This document shows positions 22,867 to 33,099 of a DNA stretch of 52,888 nt, in pieces; the stretch's first letter is position 1; every line of letters starts with the position of its first letter. The notes below the pieces were generated by a model. That model had not been told where the DNA came from. It saw only the letters and a program-made list of their open reading frames with translations, and did not search any database. This DNA is from an uncultured Nitrososphaeraceae archaeon (GTDB lineage Archaea; Thermoproteota; Nitrososphaeria; Nitrososphaerales; Nitrososphaeraceae). The stretch spans positions 1 to 52,888 of the forward strand of contig CAWGVG010000054.1 in NCBI GenBank assembly GCA_963825865.1, read 5' to 3'. A program made the translations under genes and the position numbers.

Positions 22867-23903
22867 TCAAAGCCAGTCTGAATGAACTGGAGTGTATACT
22901 TTTTTTCTTGCATCTTCCAGACTACTTTTTTCAATCACTATTCCTTGATTTTTGAGTTCTTCAATTGCATTTTGAATAGTTCTTCTTGGAAGATGGGTCA
23001 GATTAATTAGCTCTGCTTGATCTATAGGATGTTTTGTTCTGACTATATAATATATAAATTTGGTTGCAGGACCTCCTTCCGGATCCTTTCTTAAATATGA
23101 AACGCTAAAAGCCGCTTTTGATAAGAAACCTCTTCTCTGGGATTCAATGGATGTAATAGCATCTGGGCGAACTTCAGACAGATTTACTCGTTGACCAAAT
23201 TCAGCTATCAAAGCAGATTGCTGTGATTCAAGAGGTGTTTCAAAAATGAATATGTTTGGCGGGTACTTTGATGTAAGAGCACCTACTACATTCCATTTTA
23301 TAAGGCCTTTCTCATCATAAATACCAACATTAACTCCTTCGTTTGCTTCAAGTATTATTTTCGTTGAATTTATTTTGACAGCCTCTTCAATTTCGTTTAA
23401 AGTTTTATCAACATCAAGTTGGCGCCTTGGATTCTTTTTTGCCCACCTTCCAATAAAAAGATAGATTATTTGATAGTATAGTATCGACAATTTTTTTCTT
23501 TTGTTCTACATCTATATCAATATTATTTTCGCCAATTTCAACCATGTCAAATCCTATCTTTGCAGCATCTTTAACAAATTTACCAAATGAATCTTCCAGT
23601 ATAGCATACTCTGTAATTGTCACTCCCAGTAGAGACCAATATATCAAAATCATGATATAATTTAATTTTCTTTTCCAAAAGAGTTTCGGGAATAAGTAAA
23701 GGAATAACACTATAGATTTTTACTATATCTATAAATGGAGCAATTATTTCCAAGCTGTCTTTATCAAAAGATTGCGCCATCTTATCTATTATACAGGTAA
23801 GCCCTTCCTTCCGTGGTTTTTTTGAATCTATTCTCTCTTTATCAGAACCATCGATCAGCAATTTATTATTCTATCCTTTGACAAAGAAAGATAAGAAGGA
23901 CAT
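22867..23903 (-). CDS. Phosphosulfolactate synthase (ComA)-like domain fused to C-terminal MarR-type winged helix, frameshifted
   Basis: KPRKEGLTCIIDK, VGKK, IFETP..SQQ..LI.EFG..VNL, ES.RRG; then KFIYYIVRTKHPIDQAELINLTHLPRRTIQNAIEELKNQGIV..SSLEDARKKVY in the same ORF (22867-23490). Confidence 0.85.
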
Positions 23904-24106
23904 AGCAGTCTAATCTTATGTACAGTTCTGCACTGTTCTTTTTCAGAAAAAATTGTATAAACACATCCATACTGACTAATAAAAACTTATTCATCGTTCA
24001 CTCATTCTACAGCTAACCTCTGTTTCTATTTAAGAACTCTGCCGTATTGTCACAAAGACTATTTTGTTTTAATTTAAAATAGTGATAGGAAGACAATGTC
24101 ATGGAT

Positions 24107-24766
24107 TTATATACTAACTTTGACGTATTTATAAACTGGTGTCAATTTCTGTAGTTCCTCTAAATATATGCTATATCTTTTATTAAAGAAAGCACCATTT
24201 GGATCAAAGTAAATATCTACATTATATGGTTCTGTTATTAGTGCAATGGATGTTAAAAGTTCTCTTACATCTATATCCTCTCTAAAGGCTGATAGTTCAT
24301 TTACAATAACAGATAACAATATGTGAAGTCTTTTATGGAGTCCAAGTAGATATAAGGAGTGTGTGAGATATAATTTAGCATCCAAGGTATCACCTTCTAA
24401 TGTAGCTAGACAGAAATCAAATAACACGGCCCTTAAGGGAAGAGTTGAAGCTCCGTTTGTTGCTTGTTGGAGCTGCTTATAACGTTGTTTGTTTACTAAT
24501 TCTTCTAACGTTGCATCCTTTAAGAATTTGTTAAGAAGCTTAATAATGTCTCTGAAACTAACAACAGTATCTTTTCTTGCTACTATTCCAATTATTCCTA
24601 ATCGAGTTGCAATACCATCTATATCCTCAAAGTAAAAGTGGGAATCTATTGATACACCTTCTGCAAGCTTAGCACCACTACCTTGAAGATTGTTATTACT
24701 GTTATCATATTCAATGGGTATGTATTCTATCAAACGCTCAATTTCTTCAAAAATTCCAAATGTCAT
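24107..24766 (-). CDS. Hypothetical protein (219 aa)
   Basis: Long intact ORF, TAATG-coupled to an upstream small ORF. Confidence 0.7.
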   Translation of the reverse strand: MTFGIFEEIERLIEYIPIEYDNSNNNLQGSGAKLAEGVSIDSHFYFEDIDGIATRLGIIGIVARKDTVVSFRDIIKLLNKFLKDATLEELVNKQRYKQLQQATNGASTLPLRAVLFDFCLATLEGDTLDAKLYLTHSLYLLGLHKRLHILLSVIVNELSAFREDIDVRELLTSIALITEPYNVDIYFDPNGAFFNKRYSIYLEELQKLTPVYKYVKVSI

Positions 24767-24909
24767 TATGACTGATGATCATTGCCTCCATGATTTTCTT
24801 TTTTTCTTGTTCTTCTTATTGTCTTTACACCTGTACCTATATCCCTACCTCCCAACAAGTATTTTTGCTCGCTATAAATATCGTGTTGCGTATCAGCAAA
24901 GGATAACAT
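24766..24909 (-). CDS. 47 aa upstream ORF under an operator-bearing promoter
   Basis: ATG 51 bp from CATATATGCA-N16-TGCAAATAT (24951-24985); stop overlaps next ATG. Confidence 0.45.
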   Translation of the reverse strand: MLSFADTQHDIYSEQKYLLGGRDIGTGVKTIRRTRKKENHGGNDHQS

Positions 24910-25216
24910 ATACAATATAAGAAAGAGTACCTGGACTATATTATATCTCTCATATATGCAATCGTAGAACATTATATGCAAATATTACCATAAAACTTAC
25001 ACATATCTTATAAAGTTTGAACATTTGTTATAGCGTTAATACTATAATAGCGTTCTAGTATTAAATTCTACATGCTTCGATAGTGAAATGGTAGAAAATG
25101 ATTAGTAAACTAATAAATTAATCAAGATGAATTCATGATCCATCAAAGAGAAATTGAACCGAACTATGCTTATTAATATATAAGCTTCGATCTGTCATCA
25201 TTTAATCTGGTATTAT

Positions 25217-25688
25217 CTAGATTGGCTCATCTATGAGCTTTGGATTCATCTTTATGAGCTTTACAAATTCTTCCAATTTTTTCAATGTTTCTGGGTGCAA
25301 GTGGTGTTCGATACCTTCAGCATCGCTATTTGCGGTATATTCATTTACCCCTATCATTACTAAAAATTCCGTTAATAAACCGTGTCTATTGTGAATATTT
25401 TTTGCAATAGAGACTCCTTGCCGAGTTAGACTAATTCCACGGTATTTCTCATAATTTAAATGTCCATTTTCATTTAACCGTTGTATCATTTTAGTAACAC
25501 TTGGAGAACTTACATTTAGGTACTTTGAAATATCTACTGCAGTAGCATAACCTTTCTGCTGCCATCAATTCATAAATGACTTCAAGATAATCCTCCATTC
25601 TATCAGTATACTCTTCTTCTTTTTTTTCTCTCTTAACATTACGAATTGATTCGAGCCGATTTTCTTCTACTTTTGAGCGGACTTTCAA
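25217..25688 (-). CDS. DtxR/MntR-family metal-dependent repressor, frameshifted
   Basis: MEDYLEVIYEL, VSSPSVTKM, YEKYRGISLT, RHGLLTEFL, DAEGIEHHL. Confidence 0.92.
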
Positions 25689-26349
25689 CTTCTATAACAA
25701 TGTTGATGCTAATGGAAATATATAAGCATTGTAACAAACAAAACTATATGATGTAGATTACGTTAACTTTTCTGGTCAAGGCTAACTTTACTATATAGTC
25801 AAAGTTTTATGGTATTTGTGGTTGTTACATAAAGATTCCTCCTTATCAAGGCTTATTGTATACATAAGGCCTGTCTTTACTGTGAGTATGACCTATGGAT
25901 CCAAGAAATTATAGTATCGATATTCAGGCGGGATCATCTCTTACCTACAGCTTGCTACTGGTAACTTGGCTTTCAAGTGAAATGACCATGCTATTCAATA
26001 TTTATTTGGAAAGATAGGAATTGCTATGGTCAGTCATTTCCAAAAGTCACATACATTACAAACTCAAATATTTGTACTTCCTCCACATCCCATGACACAT
26101 CTGATGATTCTCACAAAAATAGCTTTGATGGATAAGTTTGTAAATAAAAAAAGTACTGCGCTTATTATTGCAATGGTTTTTGTCGGAATAACACTCATAG
26201 TCAACTCAGATATCTATTAAGTAGTCTCTGAATGTCTCACGCGTTGGAGCAATTGCTGTGTGTTAAACATATATGATATACTTTTTCTATGGTGTACTTA
26301 TGAAAAAAAGTTGATGATTTAAAACTTTATGCGTCGGATATTCTCTCTT

Positions 26350-26973
26350 TCAGAAGCTATCAAAGCCGCCTCCCCCATCAAATCCATCAAAACCTCCTGA
26401 ATCAAAGTTATTACTATTATCATCTGCTCCACCGCTACCACTATTGTCTCCAGATGTTCCACTCTGGTCACTTGCGGAGTGTACGTTATCACCAGTATCA
26501 CTATTAGTATCATGGCCACTTCCTATCATTGCACTTTCCATTGGATTCATCCCGAGTCCCATAAATGACATCATAGATGTAAAAATCATCATATCCATAA
26601 TGCCTGAAAACAGCATCATAGGCAGCCACATTCTATTAGCACTCATGTAGCCTTGCAGCTGAGTGCCATCACCATTGTCAAAAGACTGCTGCATTTGCTG
26701 TAGCTTTTGTTGTAATTCCTGTTTCTTTGCATTGAGAAGTTTGATGCCTATTTCAGTAATACCCGTTTCTAGCTTTTTCTTTCCAAAGAAGCCTCTCTTT
26801 TCATTTTTGACTATCAATCTTTGAGTCAATAAATCATTCACAATTGATTCAACTTCGTCCTTATGCAATTTGGTAGCTCTGGTAATCTTTTCCACATTGT
26901 TGATACCTTTTGAAATTGCATCAAGTACTATGAAATGGTTAGGGCTTTCATTAACTTTGACATTGCTAGACAT
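26350..26973 (-). CDS. Winged-helix protein with Met-rich hydrophobic segment and acidic Gly-rich tail
   Basis: IVLDAISKGINNVEKITRATKL..EVESIVNDL...LI..ITEIG wHTH; WLPMMLFSGIMDMMIFTSMMSFMG; DSGGFDGFDGGGGFDSF. Confidence 0.7.
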   Translation of the reverse strand: MSSNVKVNESPNHFIVLDAISKGINNVEKITRATKLHKDEVESIVNDLLTQRLIVKNEKRGFFGKKKLETGITEIGIKLLNAKKQELQQKLQQMQQSFDNGDGTQLQGYMSANRMWLPMMLFSGIMDMMIFTSMMSFMGLGMNPMESAMIGSGHDTNSDTGDNVHSASDQSGTSGDNSGSGGADDNSNNFDSGGFDGFDGGGGFDSF

Positions 26974-27429
26974 ACTATATGTGTTTATTATATAGGCAAC
27001 CTTCAATAAATTCCTTATTGAAGGCTATCTGACATAAGCTAAAGTCCCTGTAGACTACTAAGAATGTAGCTGAATAACAAATATAAATCATTTGCATATA
27101 TTATTGTAACATATTCAAGCTTATTTCATTGCTATTGACAGCAAATAATATCAATTTGTTTTTCATTGGTTACAAATACTATTTCTTCTACTACCACTAC
27201 ATTGTAACTCCTTTACAAGCAGCAGGAGTATATCGCTGCGGGTTCGATAGAATATAGGACAGATTTGACTAAATTTTGCGATCCTAATTTGAAATTTTGA
27301 TTGCAATCCTTGATTAGATAAAAGACAGTCACAGCAAGTAAAACAATCTATTGTTCTGTCATGTTTTTATTGGGTTATTTTATTCTTTAATAAAATGTCG
27401 GTTACGTATTAATATTAAGGTATCACAAT

Positions 27430-28701
27430 ATGATGCATATGATTAACCGAAGTTTGGTTAAGACTTTCCTTCTATTTACTGTTTTAGCTTTGACTCTTTT
27501 CTTAGTTCTTGGTTCTATAAAATATGCAGCAGCACAGCCATCAATAATCAAAGATACCAGCTTAAAGATAGAATCTATAGTTAGTGGATTATCTTCTCCT
27601 ACAAGTATGGCTTTTATAGACAACAACAACATGTTGGTTTTAGAAAAAAGTGGTCAAGTATGTCTTGTATCAAACGGCCAGTTACGACAACAGCCAGTCT
27701 TGCAAGTACCAGTTGATACAGAAAGCGAGCGTGGGCTACTCGGAATTGCTATTATGAATAATACGAAAAGCAATGATACAGATGTAAGAGCTAAAACAAT
27801 ATTTCTCTATTATACTGAATCACAAAGTGGAGAGCTAAGAAATAGAATTTATAAATATGAATGGAATGGACAAAGTCTTGTTAATCCAAAATTAATTTTG
27901 GATCTACCTGCACTTCCAGGTCCTAATCACGATGCTGGAAAAATTGTGATGGGTCCTGATAATTATCTGTACGCTGTAATAGGTGATCTTAACCACAGAG
28001 GTAATTTACAGAATATTTACAATGGGCCACAACCTGATGATACTGGAGTTATTTTAAGAATAAACGCTAGTGACGGTTCATCTGCTCCTGAAAATCCTTT
28101 TTCAACCAATGATAATTCTGCAATGCATAGATATTATGCATATGGAATAAGAAATAGCTTTGGATTGGCATTTGATCCAGTTACAGGTAACTTGTGGGAT
28201 ACAGAGAATGGTCCTGATGCGTATGACGAAATTAATATAGTCAAACCAGGATTTAATAGTGGATGGATTCAAGTGATGGGCCCTATTTCACGAAATAATG
28301 GAATAACAGAAAGTCAGTTGGTTAATTTTCCTGGCTCCCATTATGCAGACCCAATATTTAGTTGGAAGAATACTGTAGCAGTAACAGCCATAGAATTTAT
28401 GAAATCGTCAACAAAGCTTGGTGCTAATTATCAAAACAGCATCTTTGTCGGAGATAACAATAACGGAAATTTGTATTTCTTTAAGGTCAATAAAGACAGG
28501 TCAGGCATAGAGATTGATAATCGTACCCGACAGTCTGCTGGTTTGTCTGATCTGGTGGTTGACAATGATGAGGAATTGTCTGCAATAACCTTTGGAACTG
28601 GTTTCGGTAGTATAACTAATATCAAGACAGGACCTGATGGCTTTCTATATGTACTGTCATTTGATGATGGAAGTATCTATAGAATTTCTCCCTCACAATA
28701 G
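27430..28701 (+). CDS. PQQ-dependent glucose/sorbosone dehydrogenase, secreted
   Basis: Signal peptide, ERGLLGIA, NHDAGKI.MGPD, YAYGIRNSFGLAFDP, ENGP..DEIN. Confidence 0.92.
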   Translation: MMHMINRSLVKTFLLFTVLALTLFLVLGSIKYAAAQPSIIKDTSLKIESIVSGLSSPTSMAFIDNNNMLVLEKSGQVCLVSNGQLRQQPVLQVPVDTESERGLLGIAIMNNTKSNDTDVRAKTIFLYYTESQSGELRNRIYKYEWNGQSLVNPKLILDLPALPGPNHDAGKIVMGPDNYLYAVIGDLNHRGNLQNIYNGPQPDDTGVILRINASDGSSAPENPFSTNDNSAMHRYYAYGIRNSFGLAFDPVTGNLWDTENGPDAYDEINIVKPGFNSGWIQVMGPISRNNGITESQLVNFPGSHYADPIFSWKNTVAVTAIEFMKSSTKLGANYQNSIFVGDNNNGNLYFFKVNKDRSGIEIDNRTRQSAGLSDLVVDNDEELSAITFGTGFGSITNIKTGPDGFLYVLSFDDGSIYRISPSQ

Positions 28702-28855
28702 TGTTGGTACCATCGTCTAGACATCTGATTGACTCTCTATTATTATTCTACCTCCAGCAAAGAGGACAGAGTATAAGTTCCTCCCCGGGTACGCTGCCAA
28801 GCTTTTCAGATAAATCAAAGTACTATACATGCCATGAACACGATTGGCGCAGAAG

Positions 28856-29970
28856 GGGGTTGTTGCCTAATTTGATATCGCATATGGTGTCACCTTTATT
28901 CCCAGTTTGTTTGCACATTGTAGTCTGTTAAGGACTTCTAGGTTCCAGCCTATTGATTTAATTAATCCAAATCTTTTCTGATTGTTCTTTAATCTGAATG
29001 TGCAGTATAGCTGATGATGATGATGTTTAGTTTCTTCAGCTCCAAATATTCCTTCTATCAATCCTCTATAACGATATATTGATGCATTGAATATCTTTGC
29101 AGCCTTCTTTCTGTATTTGTTCTTCTTACTACTGCTATTCTTGTTCTTGGAGTTTTTTCTCTGCTTGATATTTGGAAGCATGTTCATGTTAAACATGACT
29201 GGAAGTTCTTGTTGCCATCATAAGCTCTGTCACCATTGAATGTTGAACCTGCAAAGTCTAATCTATATTTCTTCAATCTGTTTAGCATTGTTCGGAGTAC
29301 TGGAGAATCGTGTGTTTTCTTACTGGTAAGTCGTGTATTAAGTATTATGAGATGATCAAGTATCCCTGTGATATGCCATTTCAGATACTGTTTTACCCTT
29401 ATCTTTTCGAATTTCTTTACTACTATTTTTGATAAATCGTACTTCGTATCCGTACCTGTTTGTCTCTACACCGGTGCTATCTGATGCGAGAATACCCTTC
29501 TTCCAGCCTGATTCTTTCAAACATAGATAAGCTGACCATATTCAGTACACGTTCAAGATATATCAGCGGTATCTTCTTGAATGTACGTGATATCCACGTA
29601 TGATCTGGATATGGCTCGTTATTCCATGGCAAATTAAGAGAGGGTACTATATTCTGTATATCTCTGTACGTTGAACCGAAAACAACCATCAATATACAAA
29701 TACAGACAAGTTTTTCCCAAGAATGAATTGGTTTCCTTCCTCTATTACTGTTCTTCTTTGAAGTAGGAGGAGGATTTTCTTTGACCAGAGAAACTATATT
29801 TTCGATAAGCATATCTCGTTCTAGGGTATGTGCTAGATGGTAACACAACCAGTAACCATCTTTCCTCTTGTGCTTGCAAGTCAATAAGAGGGTGCATACC
29901 CTTTCTAAGCTAAATCGAAAACCGTGAAATCATATTTACAGTCAATTAAAACGAATTAGGCAACAACCCC
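28856..29970 (-). mobile_element. 1115 bp DDE IS (IS5/IS4-like), 17 bp perfect TIR, 9 bp TSD
   Basis: TIR GGGGTTGTTGCCTAATT; TSD GCGCAGAAG at 28847-28855 and 29971-29979; transposase PDHTWI, DSTG, GDRAYD, YRYRGLIEGIFG in frameshifted pieces. Confidence 0.93.
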
Positions 29971-30011
29971 GCGCAGAAGTGATATTTTTTGTATACAAAT
30001 TATGGTTCTGT

Positions 30012-30335
30012 TCAACCTAGTGTTGTTCTGAATTGTTGTTCAAATTTTGTTGGTAAATAATTTTGAAAGATGGTTAGATAAACCTTGTGTTTTTTAGCCA
30101 ACCTATGCCATTTCTCGAACATTTCAAATGGAAATTCTATGTTTTTACAGATTAATTCTACTTGTAATCGATCTACAAATTCCTTAGTATTTGCTTTTTC
30201 TGATATTATAAGCTTCACAATATAGCGGTCTTTGATGAAATACCGTCTTGTCGTTTCAACACCTCCTATAATTTCATTAAAACCATGTTTTAATAAAAAT
30301 TTTCTAATTTCTCTTACATCATACGACCTTGCCAA
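30012..30335 (-). CDS. HicA-like protein (weak), reads into left TIR
   Basis: DVREIRKFLLKHGF N-terminal helix as in HicA; lies downstream of HicB-like gene; lacks GSH motif. Confidence 0.45.
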   Translation of the reverse strand: MARSYDVREIRKFLLKHGFNEIIGGVETTRRYFIKDRYIVKLIISEKANTKEFVDRLQVELICKNIEFPFEMFEKWHRLAKKHKVYLTIFQNYLPTKFEQQFRTTLG

Positions 30336-30388
30336 TTAGTTCGAGGTTCTTTTGAGAACAATAAAAACATGATCTATAAATTTTATAG

Positions 30389-30682
30389 TTAGTAAAGAAT
30401 TGGCACTTTTATTTCCTGTTGTGTCCATCCTTCCTTTGCGTTTATTTGGTCTGTTTCAACCGAGACTATTTTCCCATATTGTTCTAGAATCTTTTCACCT
30501 TCATGTGGAAAAGTCTTTAAATATATTGTAAGTTCGTGAGATATTTTACTAGTAAGTTCTTGTACGGTTTTACCTTCCACTATGATAAAAGGAATTTCCT
30601 TGCATTGTCCTACTAATATACCTGTATAACCTGGTTTAAATCTAACACCAACGGTAAGAGATACAGTTTTACTCTCTACCAT
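30389..30682 (-). CDS. HicB-like antitoxin-fold protein
   Basis: LVGQCKEIPFIIVEGKTVQELTSKISHELTIYL resembles the HicB core. Confidence 0.6.
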   Translation of the reverse strand: MVESKTVSLTVGVRFKPGYTGILVGQCKEIPFIIVEGKTVQELTSKISHELTIYLKTFPHEGEKILEQYGKIVSVETDQINAKEGWTQQEIKVPILY

Positions 30683-30717
30683 AGACGATATAATAATGCT
30701 CTATATAATATGTATTT

Positions 30718-30909
30718 ATGGTTTTGTTGAAATTTTTCAGTTCACATGAATTACGAGATATATCCGCAGAGGAAATGATAAACGACCTTAGAGGGGTCAT
30801 TAGGCAGAAAGATAATGAGATTAATACACTGCATTCAGAAAAATGTACAGTTGTCTACCGAATTACAAAAAATCAAGACAACAGAGCCGCCTATGAAGGC
30901 TGGATTTGA
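30718..30909 (+). CDS. Small hypothetical coiled-coil protein
   Basis: 63 aa ORF divergent from hicB-like gene across a shared TATA-rich spacer. Confidence 0.5.
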   Translation: MVLLKFFSSHELRDISAEEMINDLRGVIRQKDNEINTLHSEKCTVVYRITKNQDNRAAYEGWI

Positions 30910-30928
30910 CGCACTTAAGTGACTAGCC

Positions 30929-31273
30929 GTGACAAATCTCTTTCGCTGTAAACTATGCGACCTAACGGTCATAGCTGAAGAGCTGGAATTTCACCGCTGT
31001 AAACGAGTCGTGAATTATAGAATTGACAAAAATATCATTTGGCTATATGATGGAGAGAAATGGTATCCAAGAAAACTATTATCTAAATCACCAACACGAA
31101 ATGAACAACAATTTAGAACAACAAAAGATGAAACAGAACCCAAATTATGTTTGTTTTTGAGTAATATTGGTTATAGATCCTATATTATACATTTGTTCAA
31201 AACTAATTCCTTTTTGTTTTTTGTAGAGTTCACTCCACTCTTACAAGCTTTCCCGTCCTCATGCCGTATATGA
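30929..31273 (+). CDS. Small CxxC-x11-HxC zinc-finger protein reading out through the right TIR
   Basis: FRCKLCDLTVIAEELEFHRC...LYDGEKWYP. Confidence 0.6.
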   Translation: MTNLFRCKLCDLTVIAEELEFHRCKRVVNYRIDKNIIWLYDGEKWYPRKLLSKSPTRNEQQFRTTKDETEPKLCLFLSNIGYRSYIIHLFKTNSFLFFVEFTPLLQAFPSSCRI

Positions 31274-31450
31274 ACCCATAGACTGGTGTATCTATTATAT
31301 TCTAATATGGAATATAATAGATTGGCAATATAACTAAATCCAAGTATACAAAATAAATGTAGCATACGCATTATTGACATCATTTGAAAAAAGAAAGATA
31401 AATGACATTGCACGCAAAATACTTATGCATATATTCGCTTGCAGACCTGC

Positions 31451-31501
31451 GACTATTGCATATAATGGTGATAAATTGCATGTTTCACAGCAGTAATATC
31501 T
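31451..31501 (+). promoter_or_regulatory. Operator plus TATA of rhodanese gene
   Basis: TTGCA-N16-TGCATGTTTC, 7 bp, TAATATCT. Confidence 0.65.
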
Positions 31502-31535
31502 TAGAATCATTATTAATATAGCGATACAAAAAATT

Positions 31536-32418
31536 ATGTCTCAAACAGCGAGCTAAGGAGAAAGAATATGTACATCCTGAAGTTATAGTGGATACCCAAT
31601 GGGTAAACGATCACCTAAAAGACGAAAAAGTTCGTATTGCTGAAGTAGATTATGATCCAACTGCAAATTATGAATTAGGTCATATTCCAGGAGCAGTGCT
31701 AATAAATTGGAAAGCAGACATAAATGATCCTATAACAAGAAATATTTTGAGCAGACAGGCTTTTGAAGATCTGCTTCAAAGAATTGGAGTTAACAATGAT
31801 GATGATAATAATACTACTACTTTAGTCCTTTATGGAGACTTTAACAATTGGTTTGCAGCTTTTGCTTTTTGGGTATTCAAGTACTATGGCTATCGTGATG
31901 TTAGAATAATAAATGGAGGTAGAAAAAAATGGTTATTAGAAGATAGGCCAGTAAGCAAAGATATTCCACAATATCCTAAAGGAGGTTATAAAGCAGCAGC
32001 AAAGCCTGATACGAATATTAGAGTATTCCTTGACTATGTAAAAGATACACTTGGTAGTAAAGCACTGATTGATGTAAGAAGCCTGAAAGAATTCACTGGT
32101 GAGATTACAGCGCCACCAGAATATCCTACAGAACATGCTCAGAGAGGAGGACACATACCGGAAGCTGTCAATATTCCTTGGAGCCAAGCAGTCAATGATA
32201 GTGATGGTACATTTAAGTCGGCAGATGAGTTAAAGAACCTTTACGAATCAAAGGGCATAACTACAGACAAAGAGATTATAACATATTGTAGAATAGGTGA
32301 AAGATCCTCACATACTTGGTTTGTTCTAAAATATTTACTAGGATATCCCAATGTAAAGAACTACGATGGATCATGGACTGAATGGGGTAACATGATAGCA
32401 AATCCAATAGAAAAATGA
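31536..32418 (+). CDS. Thiosulfate sulfurtransferase (two-domain rhodanese, CysA/SseA type)
   Basis: GHIPGA, active site YCRIGERSS, NYDGSWTEWG; first codons frameshifted. Confidence 0.95.
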
Positions 32419-33099
32419 AAAACTTCAAGATCCGCAGTTTATGGGCAATAACACTATCTCTATAATAGCAAAGCTTACGTGATGAAAATGATATTGCAAG
32501 AGACATAGTGAAATCTTTCAAATTCATTGCCTGGCTAGTTTCCTATTGTACCTTATGACAGTAATCCTAATAGGATCCTCACTATTAGAATCTTGTTTAG
32601 ATCACCGCTACCCAAAAGAGTTGATCAAAACAATTTCGAATGTCATCTTTACTCAGGCTACCGCTGTTAGTCATCCCAGATATAGATCTAGAGAGTTTGT
32701 TCAGTTGGTTGGTCCTGCTTGAATATGAAGTTAAATAGAGTGGATTAATTCTTCACAAACTATACTACATTAAAAATGGAGGCTTCTAGCATCCTATCCT
32801 CTATAATATAGACACAGAACAAATAACAAAACAGTTAATATTTTTAAATAGCTGTTAATTTACCGCTTAGATAAATAGATGGGGTCTAAATAAATACTTG
32901 TCTGCAGCAGATAATATTAGTATTGTCTCACTTTCCTTTCAAACTGTGGGCATAATATTTGACTGCACTCTTCTTCCTTCCGTCCTTTCTTAGATCAATA
33001 TTCTTGCTATAATTTATTCTTAGTTTGTAAATGTATATATCAAGATTTGCTAGTATTGATGCTAAACATTTCGCTATGGAAAAAGAGGGGAGGCAATTC

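Larger units (their letters stand above)
30004..31140. mobile_element. Non-autonomous 1137 bp element with ~51 bp imperfect TIRs (GGTTCTGTT...) and 8 bp TSD
   Basis: TSD CAAATTAT at 29996-30003 and 31141-31148; TIRs 41/51 identical; no transposase inside. Confidence 0.9.
28730..31279 (-). pseudogene. Third Zn-finger gene copy, interrupted by two insertions
   Basis: Homology to 17013-17262 at 28730-28855, 29980-29995 and 31149-31220; homologous promoter at 31326-31377. Confidence 0.8.

Noticed and set aside
27090-27100. TGCATAT half-site as operator
   Set aside because: No partner at N16 and no correctly spaced TATA or gene; TGCA clusters at 15838-15875 and 37203-37240 also fail the spacing.
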